Positions 23,481 through 35,504 of a DNA stretch of 64,000 nt are shown piece by piece (within the stretch, counting starts at the first letter, position 1; each line of letters starts with the position of its first letter). The notes under the pieces are model-generated. The model made no database searches and was not told the origin of the DNA. It saw only the letters and a program-made list of their open reading frames with translations. The stretch is from Anthoceros angustus (lineage: Eukaryota > Plantae > Anthocerotophyta). The stretch spans positions 1,116,001 to 1,180,000 of the forward strand of contig MU008170.1 of the NCBI GenBank assembly GCA_010909165.1, given 5' to 3'. The position numbers and the translations under genes are program-made.

Positions 23481-26390
23481 TGGCCTCCATGGCCCTGGCG
23501 ATGTTGGCCGAGATCCATACCTTGAGGGAACCGGTGGAGCAGGTTGGTAAGTCGCCCTTATCGATTGCCAGGCAAGCGAGAGCTCCTCTTACCTCGCCTA
23601 GTTTCCCACGCATAAGAGGGGAGTGCTAGGAAGTGGTGGTGGGAGGACGGTCATACTGAGAAGCGGTGGTGGATCAAGTCCGCTACACGAGTCAGGTAGT
23701 CCTATCTATTCAAATAGGTAGGACTCAAGTCCTTGGTCTTTGGGGTTTGGGAAGAAAGCAGACTCAAGTCCTTGGTCTTGAGGTTTGAATGATGTTCCTT
23801 GGTCCTTGGGAAAGTAGCAAGTAGATGAAGCCTATTTGAGTCCTTGGTCTTGAGGTTTCGGAAGGATGTTCCTTGGTCCTTGGGAAAATGGTATGTAGAT
23901 AGAAACCTAGTCCTTGGTCTTGAGGGGTTTGGATGTTCCTTGGTCCTTGGGAAAGTAGCATGTAGATAGAAACCTATTTCGAGAGGAAGGCAACTTCCTT
24001 GAACCATGGGAATTCCGTTTTCTAGATATTGCATGTAGGGCTATATATGCATGTTAGGTAGTGCGAGGTAAAATTTGGCGACTCATCAAGGGCCTAGTGA
24101 GGACACGTATACAATCTCGCTACTCCATGGCTGGAGTAGTGAGTTCAACCCTAGGCCAGGGAGTATACCAGCACTTGCAGCTGGGCTCTCTTATATTGAA
24201 AATTTTTATAGCAACCTGTGAATCTAGGTAGGAATCCTAGTGTACTTCCTTTTGGATTGCAACCTTGTGCAATTCCAATGGAGATACACTAGGACAACTG
24301 CCTGATTGGTAGGCTACATATAAAGATTTGTAATACAATGATATGCAGAGTTCTTGCATATTAGCAACACAAAGTCAGGCCTAATAAAATGGCCAATCCA
24401 GTGCCAAGAAGTGCTTTCGCCGAGCTAATTTCTAATAGACGAATAGGTATAGAGTTTACGATACAATTCGATAATCTACATAGTATGCCGTGAATTGAAA
24501 AATCCGGTGAGGGATTTCAAGAAGCATGGTTAGTCATAACATCTAAAATGTTGAGGCATGTTGAAATGTCAGCTGCACTGATCTGGAAGAGGTTGAAGGA
24601 CCTGTATGCAGGACGAAATGTCATGAGTGTAATGGCAGCATTGAGGTGATTCCACTGAAAAACACATAGGAGTGTTTAGATCCTTAGCTGCTAAGGTTGG
24701 AGGATCCTCTGGTGACTTCTGCGTGAAGAGGAGCTCACACTTCGACTCCTCATCTCACTTCCGTAATCTTGGTCTCACTTCCCTGCGCAGGCGTCGTAGT
24801 CCGCGGTGATCGGCGGTTTCGAGGTTGATCGCTTGTTCCTCCGCCCATGAGCTTCGTGAACTGACCCCGGTCGTCTTTGGTGCCACTGTGCCTCAAACAC
24901 CTTGGATCTCCCACCTTATGCCCCAATTCTTTGCATACCTGGCAAAAGGGCACATATCCCACTTGCTTTCGAGGTTCTGGGCAATCATTCGAGTAGTGAC
25001 CCGGTGCTCCACAATTGTAACAGCAACCCTGTGGAATCGCCATCAGCCTTTGTGATGGTTCTGGCCTCCATGGCCCTGGCGATGTTGGCCGAGATCCATA
25101 CCTTGAGGGAACTGGTGGAGCAGGTTGGTAAGTCGCCCTTATCGATTGCCAGGCAAGCGAGAGCTCCTCTTACCTCGCCTAGTTTCCCACGCATAAGAGG
25201 GGAGTGCTAGGAAGTGGTGGTGGGAGGACGGTCATACTGAGAAGCGGTGGTGGATCAAGTCCGCTACCTGAGTCCGGTAGTCCTACCTATTCATATAGGT
25301 AGGACTCAAGTCCTTGGTCTTTGGGGTTTCGGAAGGAACAGACTCAAGTCCTTGGTCTTCGGGGTTTCGGAAGGATGTCCCTTGGTCCTTGGGAAAGTAG
25401 CAAGTAGATAGAAGCCTATTTCGAGTCCTTGGTCTTCGGGGCTTCGGAAGGATGTTCCTTGGTCCTTGGGAAAATAATATGTAGATATAAACCTATTTCT
25501 AGTCCTTGGTTTTTCCTTGGTCCTTGAAAAAGTATCATGTAGATAGAAACCTATTTCGAGGGCCGAGGAAGGCAACTTCCTTCAACCACGGGAATTCCGT
25601 TTTTCTAGATATTGTATGTAGGGCTATATATGCATGTTACATAGACTGCAGGGGGTAAAATTTGCCGAATCATCAAGGGCCTAGTGAGGACACGTATACA
25701 ATCTCGCTACTCCATGGCTGGAGTAGTGAGTTCAACCCTAGGCCAGGGAGTATACCAGCACTTGCAGCTGGGCTCTCTTATATTGAAAATTTTTATAGCA
25801 ACCTGTGAATCTAGGTAGGAATCCTAGTGTACTTCCTTTTGGATTGCAACCTTGTGCAATTCAATGGAATACACTAGGACAAGCTACTGATTGAGGCTAC
25901 ATATAAAGATTTGTAATACAATGATATGCAGAGTTCTTGCATATTAGCAACACAAAGTCAGGCCTAATAAAATGGCCAATCCAGAGTGCCAGCAGTGGCA
26001 GCCTCGCCCTGCTGAGCTAATTTCTAATAGACGCAATAGGTATAGAGTTTCTGATACAATTGCTGATAATCTACATAGTATGCCAGAATTGCTGAAAAAT
26101 CCAGTCTTCAGAGGGATTTCAAGAAGCATGGTTAGTCATAACATCTAAAATGTTGAGGCATGTTGAAATGTCAGCTGCACAGATCTGGAAGAGGTTGAAG
26201 GACCTGTATGCAGGACGAAATGTCATGAGTGTAATGGCAGCATTGAGGTGATTCCACTGAAAAACACATAGGAGTGTTTAGATCCTTAGCTGCTAAGGTT
26301 GGAGGATCCTCTGGTGACTTCTGCGTGAAGAGGAGCTCACACTTCGACTCCTCATCTCACTTCCAGAATCTTGGTCTCACTTCCTGAGTT
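23195..26390. repeat. Direct tandem duplication of ~1.58 kb (about 23195-24780 and 24770-26390)
   Basis: cacttccctg...caggcgtcgtagtccgcgg near 23201 and 24776; ggagctcacacttcgactcctcatctcacttcc near 24730 and 26332. Confidence 0.88.
23724..23985. repeat. gtccttggtctt-core tandem repeats in the retroelement leader (second copy at ~25304-25560)
   Basis: Repeated agtccttggtctt / gatgttccttggtccttgggaaa units. Confidence 0.8.
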
Positions 26391-26535
26391 CACACACAGC
26401 ATCCCAAACGCAAGCTAGAAGGTTAGCTGAAGCAACTGGAGTATGTGCCTACACAAGAAAACCCTGCAGATATATTAACGAAAGCTCTTTCAAAAGAGCT
26501 GTACGAGAAGCATGTTCGAGGTCTGGGGTTAGGAG
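26140..26535 (+). mobile_element. Copia gag fragment joined to a Copia RNase H C-terminus
   Basis: SAAQIWKRLKDLYAGRNVMSVMAALR (gag-like, also near 24570); LEYVPTQENPADILTKALSKELYEKHVRGLGL at 26437-26535. Confidence 0.75.
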
Positions 26536-28147
26536 AGTCTGGAACTTTGATCTTCCGCATCTTCGCCTTGTTGAGATGTGGGCTCTGGATTCTTCTTCGT
26601 CTTTTTCCTTGACGTCATCACATCGTCCAAGACACCTGGAAGAACTTGATAAAGTACTTCCACCATATGTTTCTTCCAGTCTTCTGACTTCTCTCCAGAT
26701 GGGCTTGCTGTGCTCTCAGGCGGCGCGCTCACTTCCTCTTCTTCTAACGATGATGAATCTTCAGGCGGTTGAGGCAGATGATCGATGGGAGACTGCTGCT
26801 TCTTTAGCCTCTCCTTACGCTTCTTATTGACCATCTTGTACACTCTCTAGTCACTTGGAGATGGACTATGCCCTGAAACCACTAAGAACACCCCTCACTA
26901 CACAGCCAGTTAGGAAACGACAAGTGCTGGCTTCCCAGCGATCTAGGACCTTGCCAATTCACTCCACAAGAGACTTGCACAATTCTCAGCGCTCTCAACC
27001 TCGCGACACAGCACTAGGCTCCAAGTAGGCTGCCGTCCACTGACGACTCATAGGCCACCTCCTCGAGGTGGTGCTCTTTATTGAATGAATACAACAATGG
27101 AATCTGGCAATCTCATGGCAGCTCACGCCCTTGATTCCACGACAAGCTCAGCGGCTGGCTCTCCAGCTCTCTCAACACAGGCGCTTGCCTGCTCTCTCAA
27201 AGAGTGAGTCCCACTTGATCCTCAAAGCCCTTGCTCTAGCCCTTTTATATCCCACAGCCTGACCTCAACTAGGCAACTTTTAAATCTAGGGATTCTTACA
27301 GACCACTGATCACTAAGAGTCCTCTCTGGGCAGCTCTTCATTTGTGGCTATAGCAATTCCTCTAATAGGAGATTGCACAGAGCATGCAACACATGCATCT
27401 TCTTGACAGGCAGCTATTAATTTTTTACTCCTTTCAACTTTTTACCTTTCTACTTTATTTCATTAGTGCCGTTATTCCCGGGGAGAAATTTTCAGCTGAC
27501 TCCCCTATGTTTTCATATTGTAATACAAAAACACTCAGGTATACAGTTTACTTACAGCTAGAGGGAAATCAAGAGAGGGTTTCAAATCCATGCCGGTTCT
27601 GATGGCCAGAATTGGACACAATGTATAGACATATAGCCCGTTACATACTGTACATAATGTACATATGTCATCGGTTGCCATCTATCTACCCGGGGGAGTT
27701 GGAGCAGTGCTTGCAGCAAGTTTGCACTCCGATCTTTGGGAATAACAGTGTGCAGAACTCATCTCAACTCCGCTCTAAGGTCAAAAGCTGCTGGACTGAA
27801 ACTGACGTTCTTGATGCTCGGTGGGGAACACCAGCAACTCTTCTGAACATCCCGTCGAGTGTAGAGGGATACCCACAGAAGGATGTAGGCACGAAAATAA
27901 TATTTTCGTACCTCGGGAGCACGTTTCTTCTGCCCTGACCTTCCAGACTCCTACAATCCGGCAAGCGCAGCCCATGTTCCACCAGATCTGCCAAATTCCA
28001 GGCCTGCATCCGGGCCCCGACCAGTGATAGCCATCCATGTCATGTCTCAGTATGCACAGGAATGGAGTTAAGCGGGCACATTCACCCTGAAAGCAATATC
28101 CTCTGGCGCACACACTCGAGCAGTGTCCATCTCCTTCACTATTATTC

Positions 28148-31100
28148 TCATGGTCGACCCTTACAACTGCAACAACCAGCTGCGAATCGATGCACACGGT
28201 ACCCATCCCTTACAACAATGTGTCTCTGTTCAAGCCTTGACATGATCTCCGTAGAACTGTGGCAGTCACTGCACATTCGTAGATTCTTTGTTACCACCAG
28301 AGGTGTCCCACTTGGAGTGTTCAAGAGACCAAACGCTAAAGCGAGTTTCTCAGCATGCCCACAAAGCACATCTTCCTTTCCCTCCTCACATACTGGCTTC
28401 AACACCAACTTTGTGTGAGGTACGTGGCCTCCTTCCTGCTTCACACGTGCATTTGTGCTGTGTACCATAAGTGCAATATCCTCTCTCCTTTCCCCGACCA
28501 GGAATCTGTGTACCTCCTTATTCACCTCAATGGTCGCCACTGCAGGTTTCTTATTAGCTCCTGCTACCCTTCTCTGTGTTTCAATCCTATCTACATCGGT
28601 CCACCGACCTGCGTCAGCATAGGCATTGGCCATGAGCACATATGCGGGCGCATCCTGAGGGTCCAGCCTTACAATGCTTTCAAAACACCACATCGCCCTC
28701 TCTATATCCCCGTGAATTTTGCACGCATTTAACAAAGACCTTAAGCCCACAACATTACTTTGGCCCTCACATGACAATAGCATCTTCTCTGCCTCATCTA
28801 AATGGCCAGCACGCCCAAGAAGATCAATCATGCAGTTGTAATGCTCAATAGTAGGTTCGATGCCATGCTGTTGAGACATAGAATCAAAGTGTTTGCGACC
28901 CTCGTCGACCAGTCCCTCATGACTGCATGCTACTAGAAGGCAAGTAAAAGTAGCATCATCAGGCTGGATACCGGCAGCTAACATCTCCTCAAAACAAGCA
29001 AGTGCCTTGTGACCTTCATCACAAGTACCATAGCCAGATATCAGGGCGTTCCATGTCACCACATCCTTTGTGGCCATACTGCCAAATACCTGGCGTGCAT
29101 CTTTCAATTCACCACACTTTGCATACATGTCCACCAGGCAGGTGCCCAGCAGTACGTTATCTAGCAGTCCTCTTTCCACAATCTGCGAGTGCAGCTGCCT
29201 GCCCTTCTGTAAGGCACCAGCGCTTGCACAGGCCTTCAGAAGGCAAGCCAAAGTAACATGGTCAGCCAAACAGGCCCTCCTGCTCCATTTGTCCATAAGC
29301 GCCTCTTGGTCCAGTCCTTGCTGTGCATACCCAGCAATCAGGGCATTCCATGTCACCACATCCTTTGTGGCCATGCTGTCAAAAACCTGGCGTGCATCTT
29401 CCAGTTCACCACATTTTGCATACATGTCCACCAGGCAGTTGCCCACCACTACGTTATCCAGCAGTCCTCTTCGACAATCTGTGAGTGCAGCTGCCTGCCC
29501 TTCTGTAAGGCACCAGTGCTTGCACAGGCCTTCAGAAGGCAAGCAAAAGTAACATGGTCAGCCAAAATGAGGCCTGCTCCATTTGTCCATACAGAACAAG
29601 CGCCTCTTGGTCCAGTCCTTGCTGTGCATACCCAGCAATCAGGGCATTCCATGTCACCACATCCTTTGTGCCATGCTGTCAAAAACCTGGCGTGCATCTT
29701 CCAGTTCACCACATTTTGCATACATGTCCACCAGGCAGTTGCCCACCACCACGTTATCCAGCAGTCCTCTTTCACAATCTGTGAGTGCAGCTGCCTGCCC
29801 TTCTGTAAGGCACCAGTGCTTGCACAGGCCTTCAGAAGGCAAGCAAAAGTAACATGGTCAGCCAAAATGAGGCCCTCCTGCTCCATTTGTCCATACACAA
29901 CAAGCGCCTCTTGGCCCTTGCTGTGCATACCCAGATATCAGGGCATTCCATGTCACCACATCCTTTGTGGCCAAGCTGTCAAAAACCTGGCGTGCATCTT
30001 CCAGTTCACCACATTTTGCATACATGTCCACCAGGCAGGTGCCCACCACTCCGTTATCCAGCAGTCCTTTTTCAACAAACTGTGAGTGCAGCTGCCTCCC
30101 CTTCTGTAAGGCGCCACTGCTTCCACAGGCCTTCAGAAGGCAAGCAAAAGTAACATGGTCAGCCAAAATAAGGCCCGCATCCTCCATTTGTGCATACAGA
30201 ACAAGCGCCTCTTGGCCCTTGCTGCATACCCAGCAATCAGGGCATTCCATGTCACCACATCCTTGTGTTCATGCTGTCAAAAACCTGGCGTGCATCTTCC
30301 AGTTCACCACATTTTGCATACATGTCCACCAGGCAGGTGCCCACCACTACGTTATCCAGCAGTCCTCTTTCACAATCTGTGAGTGCAGCTGCCTGCCCTT
30401 CTGTAAGGCACCAGTGCTTGCACAGGCCTTCAGAAGGCAAGCAAAAGTAACATGGTTAGCCAAACAGGCCCTCCTGCTCCATTTGTCCATAAGCGCCTCT
30501 TGGCCGAGTCCTTGCTGTGCATACCCAGCAATCAGAGCATTCCATGTCACCACATCCTTTTGGGCCATGCTTTCAAAAACCTGGCGGGCATCTTTCAGTT
30601 GGCCACATTTTGCATACATGTCCACCAGGCAGTTCCCCACAAACAAGTCAGTAGGAGTGCCACTGTGCAACACATCACAGTGCACTTTTCTGCCAGATTC
30701 CAAGTCGGCAGCAAATGCACAAGCCTGAAGGGCAGCTACAAAGACGTGACCATTTGCCTTCACTCCTGACCTACGCATCTCATGGTAGAGTTGTATGGCC
30801 TCCTTAGGTTTCCCGTGCTTAGCATGTGCAGAGATTATGGAAAACCACATGAAGACATTTGGTTTGCCCACCCTGGTGAACACATCCATGGCCTCCTGCA
30901 GCCTACCACCAAATGCATACATGCGCAAGATATGGTTCCCCAAGTATGCATTCGACTCGTACCCAAGTTTGGCTGAGATCATGAACTCGTCGCCCCACAA
31001 CCAAATCCTTCTTAGCTGTACAGTTTAGCACAGTGTAAAACAGAGACTGAGAATAGCAGAGTCTGTCTGCGCCAGAGATTCCAGGGCTCCAACGGCCTCA

Positions 31101-31500
31101 GAAAGCTTCCCTGCTGACATAACGTGCTCACGGTTCAGCGTTACGACGCCCATTTCCGATCCTGCACGCCTGCCAGGTTCAGGCTTATCCGAGCTGGACT
31201 CGGAAGGAGGCACCATGACCCATCTGCATATCCAAGGAAACGAGCTGCTCATCAACCCAAGCTGGCATGTTGTTTAACCACAGCACCTCGCCGGACCCCT
31301 TACGCCGGAAGTCAGGCGAACGGGAGCTCTTCTTATCTCGTCTGTTGTCCACCACATGGTAGGGTCCAGAAAAATTGTTGCCACAAGTGCTCCTGCTCCT
31401 GGCAACGATCGCTGGAAAACCCGTCCCCCACACATTTCTCGGAAGTGGAAGTGCTGGGCCTTACACTGCTGCACCTGAGGCTTTGTTGCCAGGGGTGACT
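28148..31500 (-). CDS. PLS-class PPR protein with E1/E2 and DYW:KP domain ending GRP (candidate U-to-C RNA editing factor); frameshifted as assembled
   Basis: P-L-S triplets, P2-L2-S2, E1, E2, KKPAVATIEV, HAEKLA, CSDCH, C-terminal CSCKGRP*; start codon not resolved. Confidence 0.9.
29030..30650 (-). repeat. About five to six near-identical ~300-bp PLS triplet units
   Basis: tgtcaccacatcc recurs near 29054, 29351, 29652, 29951, 30250 and 30546. Confidence 0.9.
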
Positions 31501-31559
31501 CCTGAGGTGAGGTGAGCAGGAGCTCTAGAATCCCTGTACACACCAATTTGTTGGGTCCA

Positions 31560-32145
31560 CAACAAGCGCCTCTTGGTCCAGTCCTTGCTGTGCATACCCA
31601 GCAATCAGGGCATTCCATGTCACCACATCCTTTGTGGCCATGCTGTCAAAACCTGGCGTGCATCTTCCAGTTCACCACATTTTGCATACATGTCCACCAG
31701 GCAGTTGCCCACCACTACGTTATCCAGCAGTCCTCTTCCACAATCTGTGAGTGCAGCTGCCTGCCCTTCTGTAAGGCACCAGTGCTTGCACAGGCCTTCA
31801 GAAGGCAAGCAAAAGTAACATGGTTAGCCAAATGGCCTCCTGCTCCATTTGTCCATACACAACAAGCGCCTCCGAGCCTTGCTGTGTATACCCAGATATC
31901 AGGGCATTCCATGTCACCACATCCTTTGTGTCATGCTGTCAAAACCTGGCGTGCATCTTCCAGTTCACCACATTTTGCATACATGTCCACCAGGCAGTTG
32001 CCCACCAAACGTTATCCAGCAGTCCTCTTTCAACAATCTGTGAGTGCAGCTGCCTGCCCTTCTGTAAGGCACCAGTGCTTGCACAGGCCTTCAGAAGGCA
32101 AGCAAAAGTAACATTAGCCCAGGCCCTCCTGCTCCATTTGTCCAC
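31560..32145 (-). pseudogene. Orphan pair of PLS triplet units upstream of copy 1
   Basis: Same ~300-bp unit near 31618 and 31913, frameshifted. Confidence 0.8.
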
Positions 32146-32520
32146 AACGGTCCGGTTGCCCTACTGTGGCCATCGTTCAGGGCCCGCTGTCGGAAGATGA
32201 GTCTAACAACACACTATGGCAAAATGCCCAGGTACTATGTATGATCACACCATACGATACGGGCGTATAGATAGCTTGGAGGTGCGTGGACAAGACAAGG
32301 CCGCTCACAAGAACGTCTCCACTACGCTTCACACTTCACAGCTAGGTACTTCTGTACAGCAGGAGATTCGTTTAATTCAGATTTTCTCTATGATAGGAAG
32401 AAGAGCATCCGGTACAGCGACCTACGTCTGTCTCAGTTTGATCAGGGATGGCTCACTCCTCGGAAGAAAGCAATATTCTCTGGCGTACAAAATTGAGCAC
32501 AGGGTAGTTCTTCTCCTTTC

Positions 32521-34600
32521 TCACGGTCGACATCTACAACTGCAACTACCAGCTGCGAATCGATGCACACGGTACCCATCCCTTACAACAATGGCTCCCT
32601 TTTCAAGCCTTGACATGATCTCCGTGGAACTGTGACAGTCACTGCACATGCGTAAATTCTTTGTTACCACCAGAGGAGTGCCACTGGGAGTGTTCAGGAG
32701 ACCAAACGCCAGGGCTAGCTTCTCAGCATGCCCACAAAGTGCATCTTCCTTTTCTTTCTCAGACAGTGACTTCCACACCAACTTTGTCTGTGGAACATGT
32801 CCCCCTTCCAGCTTCACCCGCGCATTCGTGCTCTCTACCTCCAGCGCAATGTCATCTGTCCTTTCTCCTACCACAAATGTATGTACCTGCTCCTTCACCT
32901 CAATGCGTGCCACTGCAGGTTTCTTGTTAGCTCCTGCTACCATCTCTGTGCTTCAATCCTCTCTACATCGGTCCACCTACCTGCATCTGCATGGGCATTG
33001 GCCATGAGCACATCTGCAGGCGCCTGCTGGGGGTCCAGTGTCACAAGCCTTTCAAAACACCGCGTTGCCCTCTCTATATCTCTGTGACTTTTGGAGGCAT
33101 TCAGCAAAGAAGTCCACCCAACAACATTACTGTGTCCCTCACATGATAATAGCATCTTCTATGCCTCATCTAAATGGCCTGCACGCCCAAGAAGATCAAT
33201 CATGCAGTTATAATGCTCAGTAGAGGTTTGATGCCATGCTGTTCAGCCATGGATTCAAAGTGCTTGCGACCCTCATGGACCTGTCCCTCGTGACTGCATG
33301 CCACTAGAAAGCAAAAAGCCCTCCTGCTCCATTTGTCCATACAGACCAAGGGCCTCGTGACCAAGTCCTTGCTGTGTATACCTAGCAATCAGGGCCGTCC
33401 ATGTCACCACATCCTTTGAGGCCAAGCTGTCGAAAACCCTCCGTGCATCTTCCAGTTCGCCACATTTTGCATACATGTCCACCAGGCAGTTGCCAACAAA
33501 CAAGTTAGTAGGAATGCCACTGTGCAGCACATCACCGTGCAGTTTCCTGCCAGATTCCAAGTCAGCAGCAAATCCACAAGCTTGAAGGGCAGCTGCAAAC
33601 ACGTGAGCATCCGCCTTCACACCCGACCAGCCGTTACGACGCCCATTTCCGGTCCTGTACGCCAGCCCGGCTCAGACTTCTCCGCAGAGCTGGACTGCGA
33701 ATAAAACGCACCATGACCCATCTGCATAGGCATTGGCCATGAGCACATCTGCAGGCGCCTGCTGAGGGTCCAGCCTAACAATGCTTTCAAAACACCACAT
33801 TTTGCATACATGCGCAAGATATGGTTCCCCAAGTATGCATTCGACTCGTACCCAAGTTTGACAGAGATCATGAACTCGTCGCCCACAACCAAATCCTTCT
33901 TAGCTGTACACAGTTTCAGCAGTGTAAAACAGAGACTGAGAAATGGCAGAGTCTGTCTGCGCCAGAGATTCCAGGGCTCCAACGGCCTCAGAAAGCTTCC
34001 CCTGCTGACATAACGTGCTCACGGTTCAGCCGTTACGACGCCCATTTCCGGTCCTGTACGCCAGCCCGGCTCAGACTTCTCCGCAGAGCTGGACTGCGAA
34101 TAAAACGCACCATGACCCATCTGCATATCCAAGGAAACGAGCTGCTCATCAACCCAAGCTGGCTTAAACATGTTGTTTAACCACAGACCCCATCGCCAGA
34201 TCCCTTACGCCGGAAGTCAGGCGAACGGGAGCTCTTCTTATCTCGTCTGTTGTCCCACCACATGGTAGGGTCCAGAAAAATTGTTGCCACAAGTGCTCCT
34301 GCTCCTGGCGACGACCAACCATCATCGGAAAATCCTTCCCGCCCACAAATTTTCTCGGAAGTGGCAGTGTTGGTTTCCTTCCACTGCGGCACCTAGAGGC
34401 TTAATTGATTCCCAGCAGTTGACTCCTGAGATGACGAAGTGAGCTGGAGCTCCTCGTAGAATCCCTGTACACACACCAATTTGTTGGGTCCACAACGGTC
34501 CGGTTGCCATACTGTGGCCATCGTTCAGGACCGCTGTCGGAAGATGAGTCTAACAACACACTATGGCAAAATGCCCAGGTACTATGTATGATCACACCAT
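32521..34600 (-). pseudogene. Second PPR-DYW:KP copy, rearranged, ending CSCRCRP
   Basis: KKPAVARIEV...HAEKLA...CSDCH...CSCRCRP (32521-32943); short PPR tract; duplicated N-terminal segment. Confidence 0.85.
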
Positions 34601-35504
34601 ACGAAGGGCGGCATAGCTTGAGGTGCGTGACAATGCCGCTCTAAGAAGTCTCCACTACGCTCACACAACAGCAGCACTTCTTCCAGGAGATCGTTTAATT
34701 CAGATTTTCTCTATGATAGAAGAAGAGAGGTACAGCGACCACGTCTGTCTCAGTTTGATCAGGGATGGCTCATCGGAAAATCCTTCCCGCCCACAAATTT
34801 TCTCGGAAGTGTTGGTTTCCTTCCACTGCGGCACCTAGAGGCTTAATTGATTCCCAGCAGTTGACTCCTGAGATGACGAAGTGAGCTGGAGCTCCTCGTA
34901 GAATCCCTGTACACTCACCCGTTTGTTGGGTCCACAACGGATCCAATTGCCAGACTGTGGCCATGTGACAGACAACGCCCTCAGGACTCTTCACAAACTA
35001 TTTCCGCCATGCCACTTATTATCAGCCAGAGGGATGCTCCCTGTGCACTTGTTTCAAGTTCCCTTCCGCATATGTATGTGGAATACCTAGGTGAACCGCA
35101 ACCCGGCCAGTCTGCGTTAAACCGCTGTGGGCTCTCCCAGTCGATCTCCACTGGCGTCCGTCCAGTTCGATGGCAATAGCGCAATTTGATGGCCATTGTG
35201 ATTTCGGTTTGAAGTACTGCTTTGATTCAAAAATTCAATTCAATTGATAAGCCAATCGTAGCTTATGAATTATATGGTCTTTTGATTGGACTTGGAGCTC
35301 CTACAAATGCATCTGGGATATGTGTAAAGAACCCTTAAACACAATAGGAACATGAACATTGATGGAACTCATTTGAGAGTAAATAGAGGACCTTGCTTGT
35401 CACTCCATTAGCCGTGGAGGGATGATACTACTTTTCCATCCTACCCACATCTCATCTCCAACTCCAATGACGCACCAACCGCTAACAAGGTGTATCTTAC
35501 TCCT

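Noticed and set aside
23724-23985. CRISPR-like repeat/spacer pattern
   Set aside because: Intervening segments are themselves repeated; ordinary retroelement leader repeats
27612-28140. Short ORFs downstream of the DYW:KP gene
   Set aside because: No recognisable motif or consistent splice structure
29002-30769. Long plus-strand ORFs over the PPR gene
   Set aside because: Antisense shadows of the repetitive minus-strand PPR coding sequence
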